DNA of 64,000 bases from Octopus sinensis (Eukaryota), in contig NC_043002.1 in assembly GCF_006345805.1 (NCBI RefSeq), positions 106,578,001-106,642,000 on the forward strand, given 5' to 3'. Each line of letters begins with the position of its first letter. Positions within the stretch are counted from its first letter, which is position 1. A model generated the notes under the pieces. The model ran no database searches. It was not told where the DNA came from and worked only from the letters and a program-made list of their open reading frames with translations. Position numbers and translations under genes: made by a program. Below are positions 28,138 through 41,907 of the stretch, piece by piece.

Positions 28138-29194
28138 CAAATTGAGATAGGGGTTGTAAATGCAACCCTCCATGGGATAACATATATCCAATAGACTGCT
28201 AGTGAAGTACTCAACAAAGTTAATACATAAATGTTAAGGATTGCAATGCAATCAATTCATTTACTGTATTATATGGGCAAAGGTAAAATGATTTACCACA
28301 AAATACTAATACAAGATAAGAAAATGGAGAAATAAATCTAAATCAAATATCAATTACCAGATAATACTCAATCACATACTTTATTAAACCACCACATAAG
28401 AGACTGTAGGGCTAAACATAGAAAAGCAGAACAAATCAGTGTATATAAAGGACTGTACATAAAAAGTGTACATAAAAGAGTAATGTTGTATAATAAGTAG
28501 AATATATATAAAAAAGAGAATATAAATATAAGTAAATATAGATATAAGTATAGATTACATCTTACAGCTGTTTCGGCCATGTAGATAAGTATGTCTCATT
28601 TTACCAATATTAGCCTTTTATGGTAGGTCAATATATAGATATAAATGTATAGATATAAATATCTTGTGTATATATATATATATATGACAGGCTTCTTTCA
28701 GTTTCCATCTACCAAATCCACTCACAAGGCTTTGGTTAGCCCGAGGCTATAGTAGAAGACACTTGCCCAAGGTGCCATGCAATGGAACTGAACCCGAAAC
28801 CATGTGGTTGGTAAGCAAGCTACTTACCACACAACCACTCCTGCACTTATATTCACATTTCCATGTTTGCATGGGTCAGACAGCAGTAGTCATAGATGCA
28901 AATTTTATCATGGTCAGATGTCTGTCCTGCCAATAACTCTCACAAGCTTTCGAGCAGAAATGTTTTCAAAGAAGATTAGAAACAAAAGACAGTGGTAGTA
29001 TGGCAGTACATTCTTTTAGAAATATAACACACATAATGACGGGCTTCTTTGAGTTTCCATCTAGCAAACCCACTTACAAAGCTTTGGTTGGCCAGGGGAT
29101 ATGGAAGACTTGCCCAAGGTGCAACACAGTGAGACTAAATCGAAAACCATGTTGGTGGGAAGCAAATTTTTAACAACAGAGCAACACCAGGACC

Positions 29195-29233
<39 letters not shown>

Positions 29234-29234
29234 A

Positions 29235-29512
29235 TATGCCAGCGCTGCCTTGACTGGCTTCCGTGCCAGTGGCACGTAAAAAGCACCAACCGATCGTGGT
29301 CGTTGCCAGTCTACCCTGGCACATGTGACGGTGGCACGTAGAAAGCACCCACTACACTCACGGAGTGGTTGGCATTAGGAAGGGCATCCAGCTGTAGAAA
29401 CACTGCCAGATCAGACTGCACCCTGGTGCAGCCTCCTGGCTTCCCAGACCCCGGTCGAACCGTCCAACCCATACTAGCATGGAAAACAGACGTTAAACGA
29501 TGATGATGGTGA
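29235..29512 (+). mobile_element. Repeat family C (GGCACGTAAAAAGCACC units + TTAGGAAGGGCATCCAGCTGTAGAAAC + (GAT)n tail)
   Basis: Other copies approx. 4200-4380, 21650-21900(-), 22380-22585, 26510-26890, 33117-33299, 34335-34760(-), 46280-46520, 49905-50210(-), 53140-53345(-), 56966-57290(-). Variable number of ~60-bp internal units; RTE-like (GAT)n tail. Confidence 0.75.
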
Positions 29513-29528
29513 TATATATATATACACC

Positions 29529-29559
<31 letters not shown>

Positions 29560-29625
29560 GGTCCCGGGTTGATTCGGGGTTAACCACAGTAAATAAGGTA
29601 CTCAATACATAGCAGAGTAAAATTA

Positions 29626-29928
29626 ATTTATTATATAGAAGGAGCTTCTACAGGACTAGAACTGTTTCATTCAAGAGAAATCTTCAGGAAGCTAGTTAAC
29701 AAGAATTGTATTGGCATTTATACATTTAGGCAGGTTTAAAGGGTGTTGGTGGGGGACTTTTTGGGGGTAGGCATAGCGCAAAAAATCATACTTGGGGAGT
29801 GGTCAAGGAGTCAGTGTTAAATTAGATAGGAGAATAAATAAAAAATAAAAAATAAAAATAAAAAGTAAAAAATAAAAAATAAAAAATAAAAATAAAAAAA
29901 TATAAAAAATAAAAAATAAAAATAAAAA

Positions 29929-29992
<64 letters not shown>

Positions 29993-30159
29993 AAGGGGGG
30001 AATAGAGTTTTAGGTAAATAAGGAGATTCTCACTTATACCTCTACACATACACACATATATACACTCATATATGTATATGTATGTGTGAGTGTATATATG
30101 TGTGTATGTGTAGAGGTATAAGTGAGAATCTCCTTATTTACCTAAAACTCTATTCCCCC

Positions 30160-30208
<49 letters not shown>

Positions 30209-30501
30209 TATTTTTTATTTTTATTTTTATTTTTTATATTTTTTTATTTTTATTTTTATTTTTATTTTTATTTTTATTTTTATTTTTATTTATTCTCCTA
30301 TCTAATTTAACACTGACTCCTTGACCACTCCCCAAGTATGATTTTTTGCGCTATGCCTACCCCCAAAAAGTCCCCCACCAACACCCCTTTAAACCTGCCT
30401 AAATGTATAAATGCCAATACAATTCTTGTTAACTAGCTTCCTGAAGATTTCTCTTGAATGAAACAGTTCTAGTCCTGTAGAAGCTCCTTCTATATAATAA
30501 A

Positions 30502-30502
<1 letters not shown>
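29626..30502. repeat. ~877-bp near-perfect palindrome (arms ~443 and ~416 bp, 18-nt loop)
   Basis: 29626-30068 is the reverse complement of 30087-30502; I saw differences only in the length and pattern of the (TA)n and (TAAAAA)n tracts. Confidence 0.95.
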
Positions 30503-30534
<32 letters not shown>

Positions 30535-30538
30535 CACC

Positions 30539-30754
30539 GATAATCAGTGGACGCACGCAGTTGTCGAGTGGTACCCGCGTGAGCGGAAAAGACCACCTGG
30601 AAGACCTCCACGACGGTGGAGTGACGATTTCAAGAGGACGATTGGGATCACGTGGATGAGAAAGGCGCGATCCAGAGAGGAGTGGACAGCGTGCTGTGAC
30701 CAGCGGTGTCAAATGGACGCCTGACGGACTGGTCGGTCAAAGTGATCAAGTGAT
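30539..30754 (+). mobile_element. Young, heavily 5'-truncated RTE insertion (third family)
   Basis: Uninterrupted DNQWTHAVVEWYPRERKRPPGRPPRRWSDDFKRTIGITWMRKARSREEWTACCDQRCQMDA* (30539-30724), CpG-rich, short AAGTGATCAAGTGA tail, inside (TA)n. Confidence 0.8.
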
Positions 30755-30761
30755 ATATATA

Positions 30762-30966
30762 CAAGGTCTGATCAATAAGTATCTGGACTGTTGGCATAGT
30801 AACGAAGCTAAAACACACAGAGTGAAGCGGCTTGGCACAGATTGACCTTGGATTCTGCTGTGCATGTGCACTAAGTTTTAACATTCTAGCTCACTTCCGC
30901 TGTTTACAGCAGTGCTTGGAAGGAATGCATATGGCAACAGTCTGGATACTTATTGATCAGACCATG
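30762..30966. mobile_element. Tc1/mariner-type MITE
   Basis: TIRs CAAGGTCTGATCAATAAGTATC.GGACTGTTG / CAACAGTC.GGATACTTATTGATCAGACCATG; TA on the left. Confidence 0.75.
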
Positions 30967-31849
30967 TGTGTGTGCGTGCGTGTATGTGTATATATATGTA
31001 TATATTTTCTTTTACTCTTTTACTTGTTTCAGACCTTTGACTGCGGCCATGCTGGAGCACTGCCTTAAAGAGTGTTAGACAAAGAAACGGACCGCTGGAC
31101 TTATTCTTTGTAAGCCTATTACTTATTTTATCGGCCACTTTTGCCAAACTGCTAAGTTACAGGAACACACCAGCATTCATTCTCAAATGATTGCAAGGGG
31201 GTGGGGTGAGGGAAAAACAGACACATACCCCCACTCACACAAATATATATATATGATGGGCTTCTTCCAGTTTCCATCTACCAAATCCACTCACAAGGCT
31301 TTGGTCAACCTGAGGCTATAGTAGAAGACACTCGCCCAAGGTGTCATGCAGTGGGACTGAACCCGGAACTGTGTGGTTGGGAAGCAAGCTTCTTACCACA
31401 CAGCCATGCCTGTCCTTATATATATTGTTTGTTTTTTTTCACACTCACACAAACATACACACATTCAGTCCCATGCACTCTAATACTGAACATAATGTCT
31501 TAAGTATATCTGTGATCTGAAAAGAAAAATTGATAACAAAAAAAACAAGTTAAAAGGTGATTCGATAAGGTGAAACAAATAAGGAAACTAGGTAGAATAA
31601 AATATATCTATTTGAGTATGTTTGTATATGTGTGTGTGCACATGTGTATATATATATATATATATACACACACACAGATAGACTGTTTTGTATCTACTCA
31701 TAGTTAAAAGAAAATTCCAACAGAAACCTTAGTTGTTTAGAGATGTGAATATGTATTTAATTGATGTCTAATTAATGCCGAGTGTTTGCTTGTGTTAAAA
31801 AAAATGTTTTTACAATCAAAAGATAAAATAACAAATATGATAAATAGTT

Positions 31850-31936
31850 TTACATATATATATATACATATATATATATGTATACATATATATATACATA
31901 TATATATACATATATATATATATATACTATATAATA

Positions 31937-32012
<76 letters not shown>

Positions 32013-32158
32013 CTAAGCAATAAAGGGTTTAGCAACGAATTGCCTTACCACATACCGAATTTAGAAATAGCAGTCAAAGGGTTATAGCTATTTCTTCTAC
32101 TAAAAAGGGAGATCTCAGTAAAAACAGCAATTATATATATACATACATATATATATAC

Positions 32159-32195
<37 letters not shown>

Positions 32196-33045
32196 CAGTA
32201 TATACATATATATATATATATATATATACATATATATATACATACATATATATATACATACATATATATATATATACATATATATATACATACATATATA
32301 TATACATACATATATACATACATATATATATATATACATATATATATACATACATATATATATACATACATATATATATATATACATATATATATACATA
32401 CATATATATATATATATACATATATATATACATACATATATATATATATACATATATACATACATATATATATATATACATATATACATACATATATACA
32501 TACATATATACATATATATATACATACATATATACATATACATATATACATACATACATATATACATATACATATATACATACATACATATATACACATA
32601 TATATACATACATATATACATATATATACATATATACATATATATATATACATACATACACATATATATATACATATATACATATATATATATACATACA
32701 TACACATATATACACATATATACATAAATACACACACACCCATATATACACACACACCCATATATATATATATATATATATAAACACATGCATAAACACA
32801 TATGCATAATCAAATATGTATATATGTACAGATGTATATGTGTGTGGAATGTTGCAGTAGCTAGATAGATAATAAATGACCACAAAAACAGATGGCAACA
32901 GAAATGAAAACAACCCTTAACAGTTATCAACACAACTGAAAACAATAAAACAAACACTGCAAAAGTGTGTGTGCACATACATACATACATACATACATAC
33001 ATAAATAAATATATATATATATATACACAATGTATGTGTGTGCAC

Positions 33046-33115
<70 letters not shown>
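31850..33115. repeat. Very long compound (TA)n/(TACA)n microsatellite field
   Basis: Direct reading; similar field at 44400-44780. Confidence 0.95.
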
Positions 33116-33116
<1 letters not shown>

Positions 33117-33727
33117 GCAGGTGGCACGTAAAAAGCACCACTACACTCGCGGAGTGGTTGGCGTTAGGAAGGGCATCCAGCTGTAGAAACACTGCCAGAT
33201 CAGACTGGAGCCTGGGGCAGCCCCTGGCTCCCCAGACCCCGGTCGAACCATCCAACCCGTGCTAGCGCGGAAAACGGACGTTAAACGATGATGATGATGA
33301 TATATACACATAAATATATATATAATCAAACACACATACTTAGTGTATGTGATCTGCTTGTTTGCCAGTAGGCCGCAAATCGTCACAGTAGAGATGACTC
33401 CATCTCAGCGCCAGGGGTTAAAACACCTGAAAGTCATAGACTAGTGACACGACAAACTCCAAATCCCATTCAGGAGCAACGGGCATCAACATTTCGCCAA
33501 TTTTGTGGCTTCTCAACCTCATTCATGAAATGAATTGGAGGAGAACAGAATTGCCAGTCCTTGACTATACCCTTTACTCTTTTATTTGTTTCGGTCATTT
33601 GACTGTGGCCATGCTGGAGCACCACCTTTTAGTCGAGCAAATCGCCCCCAATCACTAAGTTAAGGGGACAGAAACACACCAGTGTCGGTTGTCAAGCGAT
33701 GTTGGGATGACAAACAAAGACACACAA

Positions 33728-33772
<45 letters not shown>

Positions 33773-35559
33773 ACGGGATTCTTTCAGTTTCCGTCTACCA
33801 AATCCACTCACAAGGCTTTGGTTGGCCTGAGGCTAGAGTAGAAGATACTTACCTAAGGTGCCACGCAGTAGGACTGAACTCAGAACCATGTGGTTTGGAA
33901 GCAAGCTACGTACCACACAGCCACTCCTGCGCTTATATGTAAATAGCATTAAAATAAAAAAACCATTTGCTGGCATGCCTGGGCAATACATACATAAGGA
34001 TAAACACAAATATGAATTAGAAGCCAAGTTAGTGTTGTAAACATTATCGAACACACATAGTCAATGTATGTGCTTTGCTTGTTTGCCAGCAGGCTGCAGT
34101 GTGGTGCAGTGGAGATGATTCCTTCAAAGCACCAGGTGTTAAAAACACAGTCATAGACAGGTGAAAGAACCCACCTGAAATTCTGACATAAGCAACTGGT
34201 TCTTCATTTCATCAACCTTGGAAAGTGGCAAAACAAAGTTGATGTGAGTGTAATTTGAACTTGAAACATGAAAATCCCCAGAATACATGCAATACATTTT
34301 GTCTAACACTAACTAACTAACAATCAATCAATCATCATCATTGTTTAATGTCCATTTTCCATGCTGGCATGGGTTGGATGGTTTGACAGAGGTCTGGAGA
34401 GCCAACGGCTGCACCAAGCTCCAATCTTGATCTGGCAATGTTTCTACAGCTGGATGCCCTTCCTAATGCCAACCACTCCGAGAGTGTAGTGGATGCTTTT
34501 TACATTCCGCCAGCACAGGAGCCAGTCAGGTGGGCCTGGCATCGATCACATTCAGATAGTGCTTTTTACGTACCTCCAGCACAGGGGTCAGTCAGGGGGC
34601 ACTGGCATCGGCCACATTCAGATAGTGCTTTTTACGTACTTCCAGCACAAGACCTAGTCAGGGGTTTCTGGCATCGGCCACATTCGGTTGGTGCTTTTTA
34701 CATTCCACCAGCATGGGAGCCAGTCAGGGGGCACTGGCCACAGCTACAATATTGGTTTTACTTGACTCAACAAGACTTCTCAGTTAACTTTAAAAATAAT
34801 AATTCAAATTTTGGTCCAAGGCCACCCATTTTAGGGGAAGGGACAAGTCAATTACATTGATCCCAGGGCTCAACTGGTACTTATTTAACTGACCCCAAAA
34901 GAATGAAAGGAAAAGTTAACCTTGGCAGGATTTGAACTCATAATGCAAAGAGCCACAACAAATACTGCAAAGCAATTATATGCTGCTACTTTAATGGTTC
35001 TGCCAATCAGCTGCCTTTGATAATAATAATAATAACAACTAGTGTATGCTTTAATGACAGAATAACACTCCCAAAATTGTGTCTAATTTTTTTTGTTTTC
35101 TTTTATCAGTTAATTTATGAACAATTAAAATAGATTACATAAATGACTTTTGGAAAACCTAACAATAACACACTGGAGTGGTTTAGTATATTAACATATT
35201 AATTTCCATACAACTACAAAGCGTATCATTGCGTGTGTGTACGTATGGGCATCGTCACCATCATTTATTGTCCATTGCCCATGCTAGCATGGGTTGAACA
35301 GTTCAACAGGAGCCAGTGAGCCAGAAGACAGCATCAAACCCTAATGTCTGCTTCCGCACAGATTCTACAGCTGGATGCCCTTCCTGATGCCAACCAGTTT
35401 ACAAAGTGTCTACTGGGGGCTTTTTATGTGGAACCAGCACTCGTGAAGATACTAAGTAACATGCAAGACAAGACCCTGTAAGCCGAGAGGGAAAGGTACA
35501 GTTGTCTTACTGTAGGAGAAATACATCATTACCTCACTTGGAAAAAAAAAAAGAAGGAA

Positions 35560-36294
35560 GACATGTCAGGTGGCACCCTTGAGTTATAAGAGACATGTCA
35601 GGTGAACCCTTGAATTATAAGAGACATGTCAGGTGGCACCCTTGAGTTATAAGAGACATGTCAGGTGGCACCCTTGAGTTATAAGAGACATGTCAGGAGG
35701 CACTCTTGAGTTATAAGAGACATGTCAGGTGGCACCCTTGAGTTATAAGAGACATGTCAGGTGGCACCCTTGAGTTATAAGAGACATGTCAGGTGGCACC
35801 CTTGAGTTATAAGAGACATGTCAGGTGGCACCCTTGAGTTATAAGAGACATGTCAGGTGGCACTCTTGAGTTATAAGAGACATGTCAGGTGGCACCCTTG
35901 AGTTATAAGAGACATGTCAGGTGGCACCCTTGAGTTATAAGAGACATGTCAGGTGGCACCCTTGAGTTATAAGAGACATGTCAGGTGGCACCCTTGAGTT
36001 ATAAGAGACATGTCAGGAGGCACTCTTGAGTTATAAGAGACATGTCAGGTGGCACCCTTGAGTTATAAGAGACATGTCAGGTGGCACCCTTGAGTTATAA
36101 GAGACATGTCAGGAGGCACTCTTGAGTTATAAGAGACATGTCAGGTGGCACCCTTGAGTTATAAGAGACATGTCAGGTGGCACCCTTGAGTTATAAGAGA
36201 CATGTCAGGTGGCACCCTTGAGTTATAAGAGACATGTCAGGAGGCACTCTTGAGTTATAAGAGACATGTCAGGTGGCACCCTTGAGTTATAAGA
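35560..36294. repeat. 32-bp minisatellite, 23 copies (GACATGTCAGGTGGCACCCTTGAGTTATAAGA)
   Basis: Units recur at a 32-bp period (unit 2 is 31 bp); a recurring variant AGGAGGCACTCTT appears in 4 units; no spacers. Confidence 0.95.
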
Positions 36295-37090
36295 AGGTGA
36301 ATATAAGAGAAGTGGCATGGCTGGGTAAGTAAATTTGTGGGAGTGTGAAGAAGAGTGGAGGATAGAGATGGGGAACAGTAGAGGAAAATGCATGCACACG
36401 TGTGTGTGTGTGTGTGTGTGTGTAAAGACAGAGGGAGACGTATATAATCACTCTCTGTTGACCCTCATCACTCTCTCACTTTCATTACTCCTATCCTTTT
36501 CTACTCTAGGCACAAGACCCAAAATTTTGTGGGACGGGGCCAGTCGATTAGATCGACCCCAGTATGCAACTGGTACTTATTTTATCGACCCTGAAAGGAT
36601 GTTAAGCAAAGTCGACCTCGGCGGAATTTGAACTCAGAACATAAAGACAGACGAAATACCACTAAGCATTTCGCCCGGCGTGCTAACATTTCTGCCAGCT
36701 CGCCACCTTCATTACTCCGAACATTCTCTCCTCTCCCCTCATACTACACATGCTGTTTTCCTATTCTATCTCTTTACCAACAATCAACATGACTACCTAT
36801 CACCGTATCTCTTCCATTACTTCTTCCTCTACAATATGTTGTACCAATCACTTTTGCTCTCCCATCATACCCATACTCCCTTCTCTCACACTCTCTGCCA
36901 GCATGGAAGGCGGACATTAAACAATGATGATGATGATCACACACACTTATATATAAACAGAGAATAAAAGAAATTCTTCCTCCTTATCATCATTTTACTG
37001 TCCCTTTTTCCATGCTTGCCTGAGTTGGACAGAATTTGTTGAGGTGGGTTTTCTACGGCCAGATGTCCGACCTGTCACCAACCCTCACTT

Positions 37091-37225
37091 GTTTCCAAGC
37101 AAGGTTATATTTCCCCCATGGCCAAACATGTTTCCAAGCAAGGTTATATTTCCCCCCATGGCCAAACATGTTTCCAAGCAAGGTTATATTTCCCCCCATG
37201 GCCAAACATGTTTCCAAGCAAGGTT
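37091..37225. repeat. 39-40-bp tandem repeat x3.4 (GTTTCCAAGCAAGGTTATATTTCCCCCCATGGCCAAACAT)
   Basis: Unit starts at 37091, 37130, 37170, 37210; single-copy versions at ~41157, ~49650 and ~62970. Confidence 0.9.
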
Positions 37226-40200
37226 CAAAATAAAGGACACAACTATTGCGATGTCAAGGCACACACACACACATCTATATAAATAAATAAATATATATAT
37301 ATACATATATACATGCACACACACATGCAGATTAGACCCTCAACACTGTTTTCATCTACCAAATTTATTCACAAGGTTTCGTCAGCCCTGTACTGTAACA
37401 GAATACACTTGCCCAAGGCACCACACAGTAGGCCTGATCACGAAACTATGTGGTTGGAAAGCAAACCTCTTAACCATACAGCAGTGTGTGGGGGGTGGGG
37501 GTTTAAGTGCTTAATACATGTTCCTTGAAGAATGTAAGAGAAATATGAAACTCAGAGAAGCAATGGGGTAAAGCATCAATTTCAAATATACCTATCTCTT
37601 TACTACCCACAAGGGGCTAAACACAGAGAGGACAAACAAGGACAGACAAATGGATTAAGCCCATTACATCGACCCCAGTGCATAACTGGTACTTATTTAA
37701 TCGGCCCCGAAAGGATGAAAGGCAAAGTCGACCTCGGCGGATTTGAACTCAGAACGTAGCGGCAGACGAAATACCCATTTCTTTACTACCCACAAGGGGC
37801 TAAACACAGAGAGGACAAACAAGGACAGACAAACAGATTAAGTCGATTATAACGACCCCAGTGTGTAACTGGTACTTATTTAATCGACCCCGAAAGGATG
37901 AAAGGCAAAGTCGACCTCGGCAGAATTTGAACTCAGAATGTAGCGGCAGACGAAATACTGCTAAGCATTTCGTCCGGCATGCTAACATTTCTGCCAGCTC
38001 GCCACCTTTCAAATATATCAATACATATACAACAGACACATGGAGCACCAGTGATCACAGACCTGCTCAACTGGTGCCCTTAACTGGGCTAAACAACATC
38101 AACAACAAAAGAGCTTCAAGTAGACTTTGAGATGTTGATCAACTGGGCCAACACCTCATTCATTTGATCATTTTCTATAAGAAAGGAGATATGGGTGTGT
38201 ATAAAAGTATATATTATGTGTGGACATGTAGCCAGGTAAGTATAGGATGTGGGTGTGTAAAAATGTATATATAATTATGTGTAGGCTTGTACAAATAACA
38301 TCATTATGCGTGGATGCATATACACATATATAGATATGTGTAGCATAATTACATCTATATGGATATACATTTGGTGCAAAAATAAAAATACACAAAGATG
38401 AGGTTAAAAAAAAAATGGCGTATAAGACTTACACTCAGGAAAAATAGAAGGAAAAGTTTCTTTTATATTTTGAGTATACACTCTTTTACAGAAAGAAAAG
38501 ATGAGGGGAGTAAAAAATGGAGAAAGAAAAGAACAAACATGTCTCAATATATACAAGGGTTTGTACAAATGTATGTATAATGTGTGGTGGTGTACAAATA
38601 TATATGCATATGTAGGTGGGGGTGCACAAATGTATGTATGAGTATGTACAAATATGTGATTGTGTGTAGGTGTGTACAAATATACGTTTAATATAATTAT
38701 GTACAGGTTATCATCATCATCATTTTAACATCTACTTTTCCAAGCTTGCATGGGTCAGAACAATATGTCTAAGCGGTACAATGTATTTATTATAATGTGG
38801 CAGTATGTACAAATGTAAGGAATGATCAGGGTTTAAGGAAATACCTCATCTTTTAACACCCCCTAGTATTTGTGCCATCGGAAGCCTTCCCCCTTCCTAT
38901 CCCCCTACTCACTAAGCCACCCCTACATACCTCTGACCTCCATCCCTATCACTGTACATCTCTCTCTCTCCCTTCCTGCACATCATCACCCTATTTTCTG
39001 ACCTGTCTTCTATAAGCTTACTGCTGTTCTCCACCCTTCCTTTACTGTCACTTATCCTCTCTCTCTTTCCTGAGCCACTCCTACATCTTTCACCTCCCCT
39101 CACACCTTATTGATATTTACCATCAAACACCCACCACCCACCTTATTCATCTTTACCCTCATCTCTAACCATCTGTCATCCTTGTTCTTTCATACTTTCA
39201 CGAACTTGCCCACCTGTCCTTTCTTATCCTCTGTCCATGGAGGGCTTTTTTCACAGGGGTTTCATGAGTCATCTGGCAATCTCACTGGTGCCCCCAGTAC
39301 ATTTTGTGAAGTGGCTGGAATCAGGAAGGACACCCAGCTATAGAAATCATGTCAAAGAAAGGCATTGATGCTCATCATAGTCCTCCATCCGGTCAGATTG
39401 TGTCAAAGCATCCAACCCATCCATGCCAGCAAGGAAGACTGGTATCAAATAGGGAGGAGCAGGATGAAGATCAACTGATGAAAAAGTTATTGAACTTTCA
39501 GAAACAAAATTGAACCCAACTTTGATTTGGAAAACAATATAATTGCAGTTGTAACAGATGATACAAGTGCCATGGTTAAATAATATGGTAAGTTTATTAA
39601 TTTTTAGCATCATTTGTGTTATATACAGAGTAAAGTGGTTGGCTTTAGGATGAACATTCAACTGCAGAGACCAACCCAAGGCTGTCATTGGAGCCTAAGG
39701 CAGATCTGCAGCTCATCAGATCCTGTCAAACTGCCCGACCCATGCCAACATAGAAAAACAGACCAGACATTAAATGAAGACACAGATTCATAAGGTTGTT
39801 TGCAAACTAGAATACTGAATCAAGTGGTGACAAAACAAACTGAATTAATGATTATTTCAGCAACAATAATGACAAGTTTGAAGACACACTCAAAGATGAT
39901 GATCAGCATAGAGGTTCGGAAGGTATGGATGTTGTTAAAAATTTATAATTATATCAATCTGGAGTAAATGCACAAATATTGCCTATGAGAGAAAACCTTT
40001 CCACCGAGGAATGTTTGAGCACAGGCAAGATCATAAAATTATGAGAACAATTCTCAATTCATTTTGTTGGTCATAAGTAAAAAATACAAACAAAACTCCT
40101 TCAGAAATCTCTCTCTCTCTCTCAATCTTTAACTCTGTCCCTCTTTCTTTCTTTTCCAACTGGGATGGCCATGTAATCTCTTCTACAGTTAAGACCCCTA

Positions 40201-41868
40201 TCTCAATCCCTCTTATTATACTTTTCCACTTCTCATCAACTGGAAAAAAGCCATCTTCTTAAATACTATTCCCAACCTAGTTAAGGGGGTCTTTGTCTTG
40301 CTATGTTTCTTGGTGACCCCTGCCTCCAGTGCTGGTGCCATGCAAAAAGCACTCAATACACACTGTAAAGTGGCTGACATTTGGAAGGGCATCCAGTCAT
40401 AGAAACCATACCAAAGCAGACAACAGAACCTGGTGCAGTCTTCAAAGTATCTAACTCATACCAGCAAGGAAAAATGGATGTTAAATGATGATGATGATGA
40501 TATATAATGTATTTTACATTTCCAGCCTACAAGGAAGCTTCTATATAATCAATCCACTTGCTAGAAATAGCAGCCAAATATTTCGGAAACAGTGGATGAT
40601 GCACACCTCGATAGAGGGTTACCATGGATGGAGTATCTTTGACCTTAGGTCTGATAGATTAGGTTGAACTGGGGATAAACCAAAACAAAACGAAACAGCA
40701 TCAACAAGCTAATGAGGGAACTTCTGTGTAGTTGCTTGGCTTGCTGGAAATAGCGACCAAATGTTCATATTATATATTCTACTGACTTGGAATACTTGGA
40801 TAACGTGATCTGAGATGTACAATACTCGAAAAAGAACGAGAAGTCCAACGGATTCAATATCTTTCACTTCTCGGTCACAACAGACCAAGAGCTAAGCAGC
40901 AATAACATCATCACCATTGGAATATTTAGTGGTCAAGGTGATTGTTGAGTAGCCCGAGGTTAGCTACAGCAATCCAGTAGACCTATTATCAAAAGGGTTT
41001 CAGCAGGAGTCATCTCATTTGCACACACACTGCATCATCATCATTACCATCAATGTTTTTCAACGTTCACTTCTCCACGTTTGCATGGGCCAAATGAAAT
41101 TTGCTGAGGTAGATTTTCTATAGCCAGATGCCTTTCTTATTGCCAACCTTTACCTGTTTCCAAATAAGGTAATCATTCTCAGTGGCCAAACATTTTTCAC
41201 AGGATATTGGAAACATATGGTGTTTATTTACAACACTGACATAATGTCAAAACAAGGAGACACACACACACACACATGACAGGCTTCTTTCAGTTTCTCT
41301 CAACCTAATCCACTCACAAGGCTTTGGTCAGCCCAGGGCTACAGTAGAAAACAGTTGCTGAAGATGCCACACACTGAGATTGAACCGGGAAGCCATGCAG
41401 CTGGGAAACAAACTTCTGAACCACAGCCAAACCAAAAAGCTACATCAAGGTAAACTGGTGATGGTCTGCATTTGCAATGCTTACTAAAAACCCTAGCAAC
41501 AACACCACTCCTCACTCCTGGATGAAGGACAATGGTCAAAATGAACTCTGTCATTCTTTTTAAAATGGTAGAATGTTATTTGAGGGAAATTTGGCTACTA
41601 TATGTAGCAAAGCACATAACAACACAGAGGCGCCCTCTGGTGGTGGTTCAAATAGATATGGGGAAGGCAGACTTTGTTGGAATTACCTTTTCCTCTGTAC
41701 ATCTGAGTACAGCATTTGAAGCTAGCAAGCTTATTGATGCTTCTGTAACCTTATACTTTTAGACAGAGTAGGAGAGAAAGTGTTGTTAGGATGGTTGTAG
41801 ATATGTCTAGACAGAATGGGAGAGATAGTGTTGTTAGGGCGATGTTGTAAGTATATCTTAACACACAG

Positions 41869-41907
<39 letters not shown>

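Noticed and set aside
30432-30473. Intact hammerhead in the palindrome arm (CTGAAGA..GAAAC)
   Set aside because: Stem I cannot pair next to the core without a 4-nt bulge and stem II is only 3 bp; kept only as a hint of PLE origin.
31737-33255. Long ORFs (238-329 aa) rich in Y/I/C/V/M
   Set aside because: Translations of (TA)n/(TACA)n microsatellites. The same applies to ORFs at 12027-13014, 29822-30324 and 44253-44810.
35560-36294. 32-bp repeat array as a CRISPR
   Set aside because: Units are head-to-tail with no unique spacers, there are no cas genes, and the context is eukaryotic.
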